A DNA stretch of 64,000 nt from Psilocybe cubensis (taxonomy: Eukaryota): the NCBI GenBank assembly GCA_017499595.2, contig CM039009.1:1178001-1242000 (forward strand), read 5' to 3'. This document shows positions 12,739 to 24,915 of the stretch, piece after piece. Each line of letters opens with the position of its first letter. Positions within the stretch are counted from its first letter, which is position 1. The notes under the pieces were generated by a model. It searched no databases. It was given only the letters and a program-made list of their open reading frames with translations, and had not been told where the DNA came from. Made by a program: the position numbers and the translations under genes.

Positions 12739-14337
12739 ATGTCCGTCCCATCCTTCCTCGGTTCGCTCGCCAACTTTGCGCACTACGACGCGACACCGCA
12801 CATCGGCACCGTCTTCAGCGACGCGAGCGTGCAGCTCTCGCAGCTGCTCGCCGCACCCAACGCGGACGTGCTCATCAAGGACCTGGCCACGCTCGTCTCG
12901 CAGCGCGGCGTCGTGTTCTTCAAGGCGCAGGATATCGACATCGAGACGCAGAAACTGCTCGCGACGCGCCTCGGCGAGCTTACAGGCAAGCCCGCGGACT
13001 CGAAGCTCCATCGCCATCCTCTAACGGAGGACGGGTCCGAGCTCGGCGACGATGTGCAGGTCATTAGCAGTGCAGTGTGAGTGCGGATTGTTGTTGTACT
13101 GAGCTTTCTTTTGTTCATGTGTGTGCTGATTTGTTGTGTGTTTTTTTATTGTGTGAAGGGTTTTCCCGAGGGAGAGGGCGCTTGCTAGCCGCGGGTGGCA
13201 TTCGGATGTTACTTTTGAGCCAGTTCCTTCAGATTATGCTGTGCGTCCACGTCGAGGAGTTTCCACCCTCTCTCTTCCATATCGTATACTCACTCCGCTT
13301 TTCTTGTCAGATTCTTAAAATCCATACCCTTCCTCCTAGTAAGCCCTTTACGCTGTTCGTTCTCCAAAATCCAAATATCTGACTGCATTCCGTAGGCGGC
13401 GGAGACACCCTCGTAAGAATCCACATGCCCAAATGCCCAACAAAAATCTTCCGCATCTAACCCAGACATAAATCCACAGTGGGCCAGCGCATACGAAGCA
13501 TACGACCGCCTCTCACCCGCATACCAAAAATTCCTCGAGGGCCTCACGGCCGTGCATGACGCAGAGCAATTCCATGTTGTAAGTGCAGCGCTTGAAAGGG
13601 TGTATCTTGAAATTCCCGGGCATTTCTGACCAAGGCCTGACTTTAACCTTTATCAGGCTGCGAAATTGAGAGGATTTGAGATCCCTGCTGGCCCGCGCGG
13701 CTCACCATTGAACGTCGGATCCGAGCTGACTGCTGTACAGTAAGTCCCCCTTTTTATGTACCTGTATATACAAAGCTTGCGGTTGCGGTTTACCTGGACT
13801 GACTGACGATCATGATGAATAGCCCCGTCATCCGCACGAACCCCGTCACCGGATTCAAAGGCCTCTTCGTAAACAAAAAGTACGCCTTTTCACCAATCTA
13901 ACAACACACGTTTTAACTCACTGCGACCCTCGAACAAAAAAACAAAAAAGCTTCACCAAGCGCATCGTCGAGCTCACATCTGACGAGTCCGCGGACGTGC
14001 TCAACTACCTCGCGGTACACGTCGCGGAGAACCACGATCTGCAGGTGCGCTACCGCTGGGAGAAAAACGATGTTGCGATCTGGGATAATCGGTCCACGTT
14101 CCACACCGCTACGTATGTGCTCTTTTTTGCTTTTTCTTTTTTATTTTTTCGATTTTGGATTTTGGATTTTGAAGCTCAATTCCTCCCCGATTTTTTTTGT
14201 GTTGTTTTTTTTGCAGACCGGACTATGATGGCCTGCGTGTGGGCAACCGCGTCGTGAGTGTCGGCGAGAAACCCTTCTTCGATCCCGCGTCAAAGTCGCG
14301 CAGGGAGGCGCTCGGAATCAAGTCCAAAGGGCTTTGA
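12739..14337 (+). CDS. TauD/TfdA-family Fe(II)/2-oxoglutarate dioxygenase (sulfonate dioxygenase, JLP1-like)
   Basis: TPHIGTVF, LVSQRGVVFFKAQD, the HxD motif GWHSDVTFE, GGDTLWAS, PVIRTNPVTG and RYRWEKNDVAIWDNRSTFH. TATA-like TATAAG at about 12648. Confidence 0.92.
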
Positions 14338-14823
14338 GTGTGGGTGGGTAGGAGAGTATAAATTCAATGTAATATAACAGTGGCGGTGGTGGTGGTCTGT
14401 TTGATGTTGTACATATATATGCTTGTTTTTTTGTTGGATGTAACTTGAAGCTTGAAGCTTTGATTCTCTGCATATGAACATAAGAACTCTTTATCATCCT
14501 CCTCCGTAGAGAGTTGGATGTGGGTGGGTTGGAAACAAAGTACTTTCATGCCAGTCTTCTTATTTTGTTTCGTCTCGTCTCGTCGTTGACATGTGAGTAT
14601 AATACAATTGATTTCGATCAACTTATTAGCTATAGTTAGTGTCTGTACAATGTAATTTTGGTGGGACTTGAATCAACGCGTGTTGTAGATCTGTAAAAGA
14701 GTCAAAAAAAAAGAAGATAGGTGGTCAACACAAGAACTTTGCACCAAGGCAGGAGAAACAGTACTAAAAAAAAAAGAGGGCTACAAACGCTCACCTTGGA
14801 ACTCAATACGATCACATAACATA

Positions 14824-16320
14824 TCACCCCGGCCGTGGCCAATTGATATCCTCCCTCTCATGCCGCCTTGCTCTCGTCACATCGATATACTCCTGCGGCC
14901 CCCGCTCCTCCGCTAAACCAAAAGGTACATCAGCATCCAATCTCATCTCAACTCCCGAAAGAAAACACAAAGGGACGTACTCCGATCGATAAGATCCAGC
15001 TCTGCTTCATCGTCCGCGTCCTCCTCGTCCTCCTCCTCTTCCTCCTCCCACCGGTCCATAAGCGCCCCGCGCGGGTTCTTCTCCCTGTCGATTGCGAGAT
15101 CCTTCATCACGCGCGCCATTGACTCGTCTTTGGCTGCTTGGAGAGTCTGCTCGCGTTGTTTACGCGCAGCTTCAAGTTCAGGGAGGTACTCTCTGAGCGT
15201 CAAAGTGGTCAATTGGAATGGAAGAAAAGGATGAGAGAGAGAGAGAGGAAGGCGCACTTTTCGTATTCCTCGCGTGATCCTTCGACGGCTTCTAGGAACT
15301 CTTTGAACCCTGCACCCGTTACACTCGACACACCCACAGCCTGTAAATTCCGCCAAAAGCATCAGCAAACGACACAGCAGTCTCACTCAGACGTATATAT
15401 CCAACGAAGGGAAATACAAAAAGCAGAAAAACGCACCTTGAGGTTCTTGTAGAATTCATCCAGAACTAGACTCATGCTATTCATGAGACTGTTCATGTAG
15501 GTTGGCTCGCCTTCGGAATCGCGCGCGCCTCCGTGTGCGGCGAGTGCTGCTTGGAATTCTTCAAAGTCGGTCATCCACTCGACTGCAAAGTCATGAGGCT
15601 GCACATCGGTTTTGTTGAAGACGAGGATAAAAGGGAGTTTGGTTTTATAGAGAATACTGGGTGAAGGGAAGAAAGTATGTGAGTTTGATTGGGGTGGATG
15701 GAGAAGAACGCTCACCTGCACGCGTAGAGCATATTGGACATGAAGGTCGCAGGTGCCGTCGTACGCGGTGTGTCAATGACATATGCAACGACAGTCGGTA
15801 GTGAAGATGCGATCGCGTCTGTGATAATAGCCCCAGAGGCTGACCAGGTGAAGATCTCAATCTGCCCGGGTGTGTCAAGCACAACGTAGCTGAATCAAAC
15901 AAATAATCAGACATCCTCGCGAGAGAGAGACATGAATATGTTTACTCAACGCTGTCCGCCCGCTGCTCAACCAGCCCTAGTACCTGGTCGAATTTTGTGG
16001 TGAAGAGGTTGAGCGCTGTGAGGATGCCGCCGTTGGGACCGAGATTGTACCTTTATGTCGAGTCAACGCAAGCAGAGACGGAAGCGCGGAGAGACGAACT
16101 GCTTCATGACCTCCTGGTAGTTGACGGTGTCTCGGATGTCGATGTTGGGCTCGTAAGGGACGTAGGTGACGGCGGGGTCGAGGTTGAGGATGTACGGGGG
16201 AGCAGGGGGGTCGCGCGAGTGGAGATACGAATTGAGGCGTTGGACAAATGTTGACTTGCCTGCGCCGGCCATGCCTATGGTGATTATTGCGACGGGTTTC
16301 TTTGAAGAAGTTGTTGCCAT
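14824..16320 (-). CDS. GPN1: GPN-loop GTPase GPN1 (Npa3/XAB1), RNA polymerase II assembly factor
   Basis: P-loop [49 protein letters not shown] and an acidic C-terminal tail. Confidence 0.95.
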
Positions 16321-16547
16321 TGTGTCGTGAAAGGAGAGATCAAGGACAAAAGTTGTCAAATGTCAAGATAACGAGTTAATGGGGCCGTGGGCAAAAAGTT
16401 TGACGCGCTAATGACTCCCTTTCAATCAGGTGATGTTTCTAGACATGCACACAATGAGGGCACCTGTGCTTTACAAAACCATGGCTGCTCCGTGCCACAG
16501 AGCAACAACTGCTCTTCATTCAGAACCACCACAATCTCATCTTCAAC

Positions 16548-17754
16548 ATGGCTGAAAGACTGTGCGTATTCAACTGGCCTCGCTTCCGCTGATCATCCCG
16601 TCTAGTTCTAATCTTAATTCATTGCAGTCGCAGACAGTTTATGGAATCTCAGCCTGACTGGTTTCCAACCCAGCAAGATCCTCGCTTTGGGCCGCCCGCA
16701 AAGTACCCCATCTTCCACACCTTCAGAAATCGGTACGTTCTGCCTGTTATGTTCTCTTCACGCTACTCACGCATAGTACCACTCATCCACAGAATTGAGT
16801 GTTCCAAAGCAGGTATCCATGCTCCAACAGTCGCCGGGATCGCAGGCACTGTGAAAGATGGTGCCTTCTCCATCTGCGTATCCGGGGGATATCGCGACGA
16901 TAAGGATGAGGGGGACTTCATGTATGTATCCCACTTTGCTTCTCTTGTGGTGCGTGGAATGACTGATGGGATTTTGTATTATTAGTATCTACACTGGTAC
17001 CGGTACGCCCTTTTCCTCGTTGTTCCCATTGTTCTTTTATGGCTGGATTAGGACGCTGACTCTGACTCACTTCTCGATTTTTTTTCTCACCGGCACTATT
17101 CGCGAATTTACGCCGTTGTGATTGACAGGCGGGCAGGGGGACAACAACTTCGTGCGTAGCCATCTATTCTTCTATCTTAATCGATGGATGATGCAGTGAT
17201 TGTATACTGACGATTGTTTTATTTTGTTTTGTACTGTGATCAGGGCACGGGAAACGGCAAGCAAGTCGAGGACCAGTCGTTCACCCACCCAGACAATGCG
17301 GCGTTACTGGTGCATGCCCCGCTTTACTTCTAGAATATCGTTGACTTGTTTGTACTGATTGTGCTACCACTATACAGAGATCCTTTGAGACCAAGCGTCC
17401 TGTACGCGTCGTGCGCGGGTTCAAACCCAACTCTGTATATGCGCCTGCACAAGGGTGAGGGTTTACTTTATCTGTCTGTACCATAATGTCCGCCGATTTT
17501 GACTTTTTTGTGTGGCATGGTAGGTACCGCTACGATGGGATGTACGTCGTAGAGAACGCATATATGAGCAAGAGCAAAGAAACAGGATACATGATCTGCA
17601 CATATGAGCTCCGAGTAAGTCCCAAGATTTAGATCAGCTTGGTTTCCCTTTTCCTCCCCCCTTAACTTTCTTGCTAACTAACTTTATGGTGTGTTTGTGC
17701 GATCGGCGACAGCGTGTACCTGGCCAACCACCCATCCCGAAGCGCGAGCTCTAG
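16548..17754 (+). CDS. Stand-alone SRA/YDG (modified-cytosine reader) domain protein, about 190 aa, 9 exons
   Basis: Spliced product reads FRNRIECSKAGIHAPTVAGIAG...AFSICVSGGYRDDKDEGDFIIYTGTGG...QVEDQSF...NAALLRSFETKRPVRVVRG...YAPAQGYRYDGMYVV...ICTYELRRVPGQPP*. All hallmark SRA motifs are present. Confidence 0.93.
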
Positions 17755-19618
17755 GCCAAATTAATCTGGAATTCAAACTCAAACCCCATTTTCCTCTCCG
17801 CATTTCAATTTTGAATCTTCGACGTTCGATGATGATATCCGGCCCAATACTGCCTTTTGACGTCGACTGCTTTTATGTGTTGATATTACTTAACTGTTAC
17901 TATATACTCTGTACACACATCTGATCTCACGATTCAGTGACCCCCTGCTATAATCCCTGCTTTCTTGTTCTTGTTCTGGTCGTTTTCCCGTTTCTTGATA
18001 ATGATATTAATGCTATACGTACAGTATAGTAAAGTCATGTACACCGTTTACCCATTGATTGAAGTGTTGTTGTCCAAGGACGTACGTATGGATGGGAAGA
18101 TAGGGAAACCATTTGAGCTTTGGATTCTGGAATTTGATTCCTGTGGGGAAATTCAGAGTTGGCCTTCAATAGAACGTTGAACGTTCTGGTTTTGTAGCAG
18201 TTTGAAATGGAATTTAAATATTATCATTGGGATCTGAGCCTTGCATATAATATTTTCGAGCGTCGAAGGTTTGTTGAACTTAGAGTAAAAAAAAGTTTGA
18301 CATGAAGTCGCGTCTTTGTGAACTCGGCCCGCCGGCAGCTTCACCTACAATGAGCACGTGACGTGGACACGTTAATGAGGTCACGATTGGCTGGCCATTG
18401 CAACCCTAATCTCAACTCTGACCTTGTTTCTCGCCACGAACGTTAGCGAAACCCCCGCTGCTGCCTCAAAAGTGCGGTATATCGTACCTGCATTTTGACA
18501 GTGACCTAAAAAGACGCATATCATACGCGATTCACATTCCTCAGTGCCTGAACAAGACGAGTTTTCGACGTGGAACACACCGCATAGGATTCGATACAGA
18601 CGACTTTGCCGCTGTCTTGCTATATTTCTATAATCAGTCATGAGTAATATCATTCAGGAGTATTTGGAGGGAAAGATTGTGAGTTGTTTGTTTCGTTGGT
18701 GTGAAATGACAATGTAATTGACCAATACTTATTTTACAACCTAGGATTTCGCGGGGCAGAATTTGGTTGACCTGATTAGCAAGGCGACGTTAGCTGGGTC
18801 TGGTGTGAGTATCTTTCTCCGCCTCTGTGCTGAAATTAGGCTGCGAGATGGATAGACATCTTGAGTGCAAACTATTCGGTAGCGTGTGCTCATTGCTTTT
18901 CTAGGTCCTGGCGTTCGTTGTGGGGTTCGTACTACAGGATATCCGTATAACGTTCGCTATCATGGGGCTGGCGACTGTAACCCTTGCATTGGTATGTCAA
19001 CAGACTCTCGTCTTTTGCCAATGATACATATTGATGAGCGGCGGTGTGATTCAGCTCGTTCTTCCTCCGTGGCCCATATTCAACCGCAATCCGGTGAAAT
19101 GGTTGCCTGTCAAAAACACGAAAACAGAATGATTTGCTTTTATACATACGTTGTGTACTATACCTCCCCTGTCTATACCATTTGTTATGTGTTTAAGATG
19201 ATGCGGCGGTGTGTGTTATTGTGTCGCTGGAGACTCGGACTCGAATGGGCTGCGGCGGTGAGCAGCCCGCCCGTATATTATTGATATGCCACAGTAGCCT
19301 GGGGTAGATGTTAATACAAGAATACCTCCTAGGCTGTAGGAAATACCCAGCTACACATAGAAGCGAAAATAGTTTGAAAGTAGGTCGAATAAGGGTCAAT
19401 TGATGTTAAATAAGGCCGGTTCTGACAAATTAGGAGCGAGGCCGCCCGCTGGTCCCGAAGGAATCCCACAACGCTGAGCGGCGTTTTGGATCTTGTCAGT
19501 GACCTCGAGTGTCTTTGGAATCGTTGTTCCCATCTTTCTGCGCTCTACAACCCGTCTATCTCTCAAGAATCCGGTGCACGGGCCCACCGTAGTCCAGCTC
19601 CCACCTCAACAAAAAGAG

Positions 19619-22600
19619 ATGTCCACCTACCCGACAGCACTCGCCCCGCAGCTGAACCAGGTCCCGGAGGACGCTGTTGCGGGTCAGCCAACCCCGTCGC
19701 AGGGAGGCATGATCGGAGGCCACGAGTTCGACATGGCCATAGGCCAGCCATCACACTACCAGCAGCCATCAACCCCACACGCCCCTTCCAGCAACAGTAA
19801 CAGTAACAGCAACAGCAACAACGCCAGCTCGGTTGGCTCAGCACCACTTCCTCGAGGGGCCACACCCAACTCTCATCGTGCCAGACCCGTCTCGATGCCC
19901 CCGCAAGCCTACGCCCCATCGCAGCCCCCAGCTAGCAGCCGCGATGCAGACTCCCGGGACCGGTCACAGCCTGCGGGTGACGAAAACAGGGAAAGGAGAA
20001 GACACAGGGACGACCACAACAGCACGACCGGCAGGTCCAGTCGCTCCAACCGCATCCTCGGCGACTACACGCTCAGCAAAACCCTCGGCGCAGGAAGCAT
20101 GGGCAAGGTCAAGCTCGCCACCCACAACATCACCGGAGAGAAGGTTCGTCTAATCTACGCTATCGCACTTTCTCAACTTTCTCAACTACTTGAATAGCTT
20201 GCCGTCAAAATTCTGCCCCGTGTCTACCCTAATCCACCACCCCAGACGAATGGGAACAACGACTCGGCCGCGCGCCAGGCCTCACGGGACGCATCCAAGG
20301 AAATTCGGACTCTTCGCGAAGCCGCACTCTCCATGCTTCTCTACCACCCCTATATCTGCGGCATGCGCGAGATGATCGTCCACCAGCACCACTATTACAT
20401 GGTCTTCGAGTACGTCAACGGCGGCCAGATGCTCGACTACATCATCAGCCACGGCCGCCTGCGTGAGCGCGTCGCCCGCAAGTTCGCACGCCAGATCGGA
20501 AGCGCGCTCGAGTACTGCCATCTTAATAGCGTGGTCCATCGAGGTAACGTACTCTTCTTACTCCCGATATTAAAAAACTCTAATTCGCTATGTTTAGATT
20601 TGAAAATTGAGAACATTCTCATTTCCCAGACGGGCAACATAAAAATCATAGACTTTGGCCTGTCCAATCTGTTTGATCCCTTGGATCATCTATCCACATT
20701 CTGTGGATCTTTGTACTTTGCTGCCCCTGAGCTGCTCAATGCTCGGGTCTATACTGGCCCCGAGGTTGATGTCTGGAGCTTTGGTGTTGTCCTCTACGTT
20801 TTGGTGTGCGGTAAAGTACCTTTTGACGACCAGAGCATGCCAGCTCTCCATGCAAAGATCAAACGTGGTCTAGTAGAGTATCCGGTTTGGCTCAGCTCCG
20901 GTAATTTCAAGTTTGTAACCATTTTCCTTCATGGCTGATTACTATCTTTCTAGAGTGCAAACATCTTCTCTCGCGGATGTTAGTCACCAACCCCGCCAAC
21001 CGTGCTTCTCTCGCTGAAGTTATGAGCCACCCATGGATGATCCGTGGCCACACGGGTCCTCCAGCGATCCATATGGTCCATCGCGAACCTCTACGCGCCG
21101 ACGAACTCGATCGACAAGTGATCAAGGGCATGACGGGCTTCGAGTTCGGCACAGAAGACGAAATCGAACAGAAACTCATCCGCATCCTCGAGTCTGAAAA
21201 CTACATTCGGGCGGTGCAGCATTGGGAACGCAAACGGAGTATGGGTAATTTGAATGGTAATGGCAACAGCACCTCCCGCTGGGGCGAGTCCGTGTCCAAT
21301 TCAAGTCTCGCAATCTCCTTCGACAGCAACAGCGGCAAGAACGACGCATCCGCTTCAAGTAGCAGCAAAAAGTCCCGCCGGTTCTCGGGCTTCGATTACT
21401 ATAGACGCAAGCTGTTCTCACCAGCGTCGTCACCACCAGGGAGTCCTCAGAGTCATTCACCACCCCATTCACAGCATCATCTCGCTCATCCTTCATTTGC
21501 AGATTCGAACCGGGAGCCGATGGACCCGACGAAGGGATTCCACCCTCTGATATCGATGTACTACCTCGCACGCGAAAAGCTAGAGCGCGATCGTGTATAT
21601 GGCCCCGGCCAGTTCGCGAGCTCACAGTTGTCGATCTCAGGCGATGCGGCCAACCAGGCTGCCCTCAACATGACGACACCCGTGGACGAAACCTCGATGC
21701 GCCAGCAACAGTACCTCGCCACGACTCAGCCACACTTCACCGCGCCCGCAGTGGCGAAGAAGGACCCACTCCCATCCGCCAAGTCCAAGGCGGACTACAG
21801 CATGCCGTTGCCCCGACTTCCCGCACCCGAGACGTCGCATTACTCTGGCATGTCGTACGACAATACAGCAGCGCCATCGCCAACCTCGCCAGCGTTTGCG
21901 CAGCCGCGTGCAAGGGATCCAGGGCTTCCGCCACCATCGCCTTCTGTGCAGCAAAGGCAGCATATTGAGATCGAGCAACAGCAGCAGGGCGTTGCACCGA
22001 AACAAAACTTCCCGCGTCCCCCGGCACCGACTAAGCATAATAGAAGTCACAGTCTTAGCCAGAGGCCGACGAATCTGGGGCGTGCTTGGGGTGGCATGTT
22101 TGGAGGAGGGGGCTCGGTCACGGAGAGTGTGAGCGCGGACGAACAGGGTGTTAGTCGGTTGCCTGCACTCCCGCAAACGGCTGGCCCGGAGATAACTTCG
22201 TTCGCGGAGAGGCAAGAGGAGGGTGCGGAGAAACACCATGACCATGGGTCGGCGTTTTCATCTGGTGCAACGCTCGTACGCAAGTTTGGGAGTATGCTGG
22301 TGGGTGGTGGGCGGAGCGATGATGGGAAGAGGCATGGGACTGTGTCAGGGAAAAGGGGTACAATTCTCAGCGGCGCGTCGACGTCTCCTAGGCCGTCTTC
22401 TGGTGATGTCAAGTCTGCTGAAGATGAAAAAACAACACAGCCAATTGGCGAGGGTGCAGAAGGTACGGTCACGACACCCTCGGCGACACGGACTCTCTCC
22501 GCGAGCGTCAGCCAGCCAATTGGGAATGTGCATCGGCGTGCAGCGACTATTCTCGATCCTCAAGGGCGCACGACGCGGCACGAGAGGCGGAGCAGCACCG

Positions 22601-23829
22601 GTGCCGCGCTGGTCAACAGTGCATCCGGGGGCACGATTGGGCGCCACCGCCGTCCATCGACGGGCTATGGTAGTTCACGACCGATTACCGAGAGACTGTT
22701 TTCGAAAAATGAGGCGGAAAAGGATATGGCGGAAAAGAGAGAGGAGGAGGAAGCGCAGGACGGAGGACAGCGTACTGGTGAAAACTTGGGTGAGGAGGGT
22801 ATGGAAGAAACATTTAGGGAGGAGGATGAGAGGCATACGAATGAAAAAGATTTCAAGCCCGTTTTCCTCAAGGGATTGTTTAGGTACGTCTATGTTGAAG
22901 TGTCACTATCGTGGTTTCTTTTTTATTCATGGTTATCTACTAAACAGTGTGGCTACCACGTCTACAAAACCGCCTACTGCTATTAAGGCAGATATACGTC
23001 GCGTTCTTGATAGGATGCAGGTCCAGTATCGGGAAACAAAGGGAGGATTTGAGTGTATACACTTGCCCTCTATTGACCTTTCCTCGGTCGAGACATCGAC
23101 CATTCGTGGTAACTCGCACCACCAGCAGGCGTCATCGACTACATCAGGCGACACATCCCCATCGACGCCGAGTAATAACCGGCCATCGATCGCCAGAAAG
23201 GTTTCTAAGCTCTCGTTTGGGATGAAGCGTGACAAGGGCAAGGACCGCGAACAGACGGAGAGTAAAGACCAGGAGAAGTCGGAAAAGGAGAAGGAGACGT
23301 CGACGACGGGACGGCCGTCGGGTGCGACGCTGATGACAACACCAAGCAGTGGGTCTTCGTCGTTCTTCAATGTGTCGTCGAACCACACAGTTGTCGCAGC
23401 CTCAGGTGATATCCAGACGAATGGGGTTTCGACGCCTAATCCTGGTGCAGATTCGGGTGTTACTCCCCCGCCGAGGTCGCACTCGCCCGCGATTTCGAGT
23501 AAGGATAAGGGCAAGGTGCTTCCCCCTATCCCACACGACTTTGCGCCGAGGCCTGCGTCGCCACAGCGCAGTCCAAGCCCTATGCCAACTGGAGAAATCG
23601 ACCGCGAGTTGTTTGAGAGTATGGGTAATAATAGCTTGAGCGTCCGCTTTGAGATCAATATTGTAAAGGTAATGTCTCTGTGCGCCTTTAACCTTTTTTT
23701 GCTTGACTTATTAATAATCTTTAGGTGCCTTGGCTACCATTACATGGGATCCAATTCCGACGTGCGGGTGGAGATGGTTGGCAGTATCAAATGCTGGCTA
23801 GGCGGGTCCTAACTGAACTGAAGCTATAA
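19619..23829 (+). CDS. KIN1: KIN1/Par-1/MARK-family Ser/Thr kinase with C-terminal KA1 domain
   Basis: [76 protein letters not shown] and the KA1 end [43 protein letters not shown]. Confidence 0.95.
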
Positions 23830-23965
23830 CCTCTCTCTTATCCTCATCGATCGGCCAACGTTCCGACAATGAGTCAAAACTCACGCTTTTCTCTATCCCG
23901 CCTCACTCCTTTGCTCTGGAATCTTATTGCGCTCTGCTTGCTGCACAAATCCCACATGAATCATA

Positions 23966-23993
23966 TACCTACCTACCTACCTACACCTACCTA
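23966..23993. repeat. (CCTA)n tetranucleotide microsatellite in the KIN1 3' region
   Basis: tacctacctacctacctacacctacctac. Confidence 0.8.
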
Positions 23994-24915
23994 CGTCTAA
24001 CACCCACCGCTCTCGTTTTAATGTCTTTCTTGGTTTTTTATTTCTTCGGCGACGTCCCTTTATAGGTTTTGTTATATCAAACAAATCTTCGTCTTATACT
24101 CTTTTTCTCTTTCTTGTTGTCCTTTTTTTCTTTATCGATAGGCTTTCTATTATGTTTCTGTTTTCTATTTCTCTTTAGGTTTCTTCTTTCTTTTTTATTT
24201 ATCTGGTACACACTCACGAAATCGCATCCGCGTCCCCTCTCTCTCTTTAGCAGGTCTTTCAATAATGCATGTCTTTCGGAAATTCACTTCACGATATATT
24301 AATGAGAATTTTTGCTATTTTTTTTCATCCCTACTGGGTGGATATGCATATACCATTCAAAGACGCACGATCAATACACGCGATGGTTTGAACTTATCTA
24401 CTATCCTTTTTGTTCAGCGGTGAGACTTTGGGTTGCTTCAAGCGAAAAGAAAGCTTCGAGGCAGACTTCAATTGTGCCATGTGACCGGAGGTAAATCCGG
24501 GTATAGCGGACCGTATATACCCGGTCAATAACGCGAAGGCTTCGCGACGATTCACACCTTGATTCTTCTCATCTTCAACAGTTTTCATTTTCACCTTCTC
24601 GCTGGCAGCAATATACCGCAAATTCTGGCATAAAGGATAGAAGCACTTTTTCAGCGGAAATGAAGCAGGTGTGTGGGTATGGCATAGTTAATCAATGCAA
24701 AGCGCGTCTTGACTTGTTGATGGTTCGAAAAGGAGGTGAAAAATAGATTAACTGGCATTTACTGTGAAGATGTGGCTTCTACGTCACAGTGGGATAGGAG
24801 CGCCAGCACAAGAGCGAAGTCTGGAGCTGGATGTGTATAAATACTCGTCCAATGCCTTGTCTGGTTTATAACGCTTCTTTCGATCTTCGCTTGCTGGTAT
24901 TCGACTCTCAGAAAC

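Noticed and set aside
21176-23658. Many antisense ORFs over KIN1 (likewise over SMC2, OPT and the DUF262 gene)
   Set aside because: These are shadow ORFs from GC-rich, low-complexity coding sequence and carry no recognisable motifs.
22223-23812. 529-aa ORF overlapping KIN1 as a separate gene
   Set aside because: Its C-terminal half is the real KIN1 exon after the intron near 22884-22947. The N-terminal half is an off-frame shadow of the preceding exon.
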